Assembly (NCBI GenBank): GCA_963770895.1
Contig: CAVYRF010000002.1
Location: 1,216,001-1,280,000 of the forward strand
Length of the DNA: 64,000 nucleotides
From: an uncultured Acidobacteriota bacterium
GTDB lineage: Bacteria > Acidobacteriota > Thermoanaerobaculia > Multivoradales > UBA5704
Direction of reading: 5' to 3'
Under the pieces are notes generated by a model. It searched no databases, was not told the DNA's origin, and was given only the letters and a program-made list of their open reading frames with translations. Positions 62,441 through 64,000 of the stretch are shown here, piece by piece (position 1 is the stretch's first letter; every line of letters starts with the position of its first letter). The position numbers and the translations under genes were made by a program.

Positions 62441-63658
62441 TTATCGGAACATCGGGCAACCGCTCGTGCACCGGACGACGCGACCGTCGAACGGGCTCTT
62501 GCTGTCCGTGCAGACACCGAAGTCCAGCATAAACGTCTCGGCAGCGAGCGCAAAGAAGGATTGGCAATCGGCACAGCTTCCCGGCGCGGGCTCTGCGCGC
62601 GGGCTTCCCCAGCGCAAGGCAGTCGCCTCCTCGAAGGCCGAAGCGGCGGCCTCCTCGTCGGACAGGCCCAGCGCCCCGTCGTCTCCCAGCCAGAGGCCGC
62701 CCGCCTCGGGGAGAATCCATGCTGTTTTGGAGAGGCGGATATCCCATTGCGGGTCGCGAGCGGCCATCACCATGGACAGGAGACGCTGCCCGTTGGAGAA
62801 GCGGATTACAAGCTCAGGGATGGGGCCGCTGATCGAGATGCTCTCAATCACCGCGCCGGTCAGGCCGTCGACTCCGTCTCGGATCACAAAACCCTGCTCG
62901 GAGCTGCCATACAAGACTGCTGCCGCATCTTCGACCCGCCAGTCCCAGGATATGGAGATGGTCGCTTCTCCGGCGCCGTACGTCCTGTCCTTTCCTTTCG
63001 GCGGTCGCAGGCGGCCCAGCTCCAGATGGATCATCGTGCCGTAGCTCTTGGATGCCCGCGACACTTTCATTCCGATCAGCGGCTCGATCAGGATTTCAAA
63101 ATCCGTAGCCGACAGCGGACGCTTCTGCCTGCGGCGTCTTCCAGCTGACGGATCCTGGCGGTAGAGCTCGCGCAGCACCTCGAAGTTCGACGCGCCTCGC
63201 TCGACCGCATCCCACGTGAGCACCACGGCGCCGCGGGCCGACACCTCGCCGGGGCGCACCGAATCGCTGGCGACGACAGGTTCGTCAAATTTCTGGCGCT
63301 TGTTCTTGGCGACGTACGCACTCGGGTAGACCGAGATCGAATCGAGCCCGGGGTAGCCGTCGGTCTCGCGGTGCAAGAGCAGAATGCAGGCTTGCGCGGC
63401 GATGGTGAGCTTGATCTCGTCCGTCATCACCAGCCCGCCGCAACCTTCGAAAGTCTTTTCAGCAAGAAAAACCTGAACGTGCCCTTCCAGCTCACGCTGG
63501 TCCTCTGCGGATAACGAGGCGGCGCCAGGGACATTGCGCCGAACCGTCGCGCGCTGCTCGGCGGAGAGCGGCCGCTGGCGAAGCTTTTCGCGGCGCTTCT
63601 CCTTGAAATGGAAGTCGACCACGTGGAAAGGGTACCATCGCTGCGACTGCCGGGACAC
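62441..63658 (-). CDS. Chimeric ORF: internally deleted MtfA/M90 peptidase fused to an unknown domain and a DUF3027-like Cys cluster
   Basis: FLAEKTFEGCGG, TIAAQACILLL, VYPSAY, GAVVLTW and YRQDP are present but HEXXH is not; C-terminal CADC...DFGVC...SPFDGRVV...GC. Start may be near 63622. Confidence 0.6.
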   Translation of the reverse strand: MSRQSQRWYPFHVVDFHFKEKRREKLRQRPLSAEQRATVRRNVPGAASLSAEDQRELEGHVQVFLAEKTFEGCGGLVMTDEIKLTIAAQACILLLHRETDGYPGLDSISVYPSAYVAKNKRQKFDEPVVASDSVRPGEVSARGAVVLTWDAVERGASNFEVLRELYRQDPSAGRRRRQKRPLSATDFEILIEPLIGMKVSRASKSYGTMIHLELGRLRPPKGKDRTYGAGEATISISWDWRVEDAAAVLYGSSEQGFVIRDGVDGLTGAVIESISISGPIPELVIRFSNGQRLLSMVMAARDPQWDIRLSKTAWILPEAGGLWLGDDGALGLSDEEAAASAFEEATALRWGSPRAEPAPGSCADCQSFFALAAETFMLDFGVCTDSKSPFDGRVVRCTSGCPMFR

Positions 63659-63668
63659 TAGGTCAAAG

Positions 63669-64000
63669 TCACGGGACCGCCTGCCATATCTTTACGCCGT
63701 GGTCAGCGCCGGCCGGCTGCAACCAGCGCACCGGCGGCAGCGGCGCCACCAGGCCCGCCGGCCGCGAGCGCAGGTCGAGCGGTCCGATGACCAGGTAACG
63801 GATGCGCTCCTGGCGCACCAGCTGTTGCAAGGCGGCGTAGTACAGGTCGGGAGTGGTGATCTGGTTGCCGAAGGCATCCGGCAATGACACATAGCGGTGG
63901 CGCAGGTAGCGACCCAAGAAGGGCGAGCTGCCGGCGAACACCGCGTCCGGCGGCGCTGCCGCATCCAGCTGCCGCAGCAGCCGCACCTCCGTATAGGGGT
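63669..64000 (-). CDS. Hypothetical protein, C-terminal part (start beyond the window)
   Basis: Frame open to the window edge; ...VRQERIRYLVIG...VKIWQAVP. Confidence 0.5.
   Translation of the reverse strand, partial: PYTEVRLLRQLDAAAPPDAVFAGSSPFLGRYLRHRYVSLPDAFGNQITTPDLYYAALQQLVRQERIRYLVIGPLDLRSRPAGLVAPLPPVRWLQPAGADHGVKIWQAVP

Overview
A very GC-rich bacterial chromosomal segment. Two GWxTD-VWA proteins, an Oar-type TonB receptor, an ELWxxDGT propeller and a 'TPCRxxDTR...GYF' C-terminal domain suggest Acidobacteriota, probably Thermoanaerobaculia (inference). About 50 CDSs cover RNA/tRNA modification and translation (iscS, mnmA, truC-like, trmJ, rhlE, argS, maf, csp), envelope proteins and small operons. 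No rRNA, tRNA, CRISPR array or transposase was recognised. Top observations: (1) a membrane-anchored DUF3179 selenoprotein (21947-23299, minus), which the ORF track splits at an in-frame UGA in a UxxC motif followed by a SECIS-like hairpin, with selD elsewhere in the window; (2) a coupled cysteine dioxygenase plus cytoplasmic sulfite oxidase pair behind speA that resembles animal cysteine catabolism, the dioxygenase keeping the eukaryote-type Cys93; (3) an ECF sigma / ~1000-aa ZAS-FecR anti-sigma / four-gene ABC module with a likely autoregulated promoter; (4) a PBP1A with an extra C-terminal beta domain; (5) an MtfA fragment lacking HEXXH fused to unrelated domains. Frameshifts in speA (about 7) and selD (1) look like sequencing errors. 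Family assignments come from motif recognition, not database searches.
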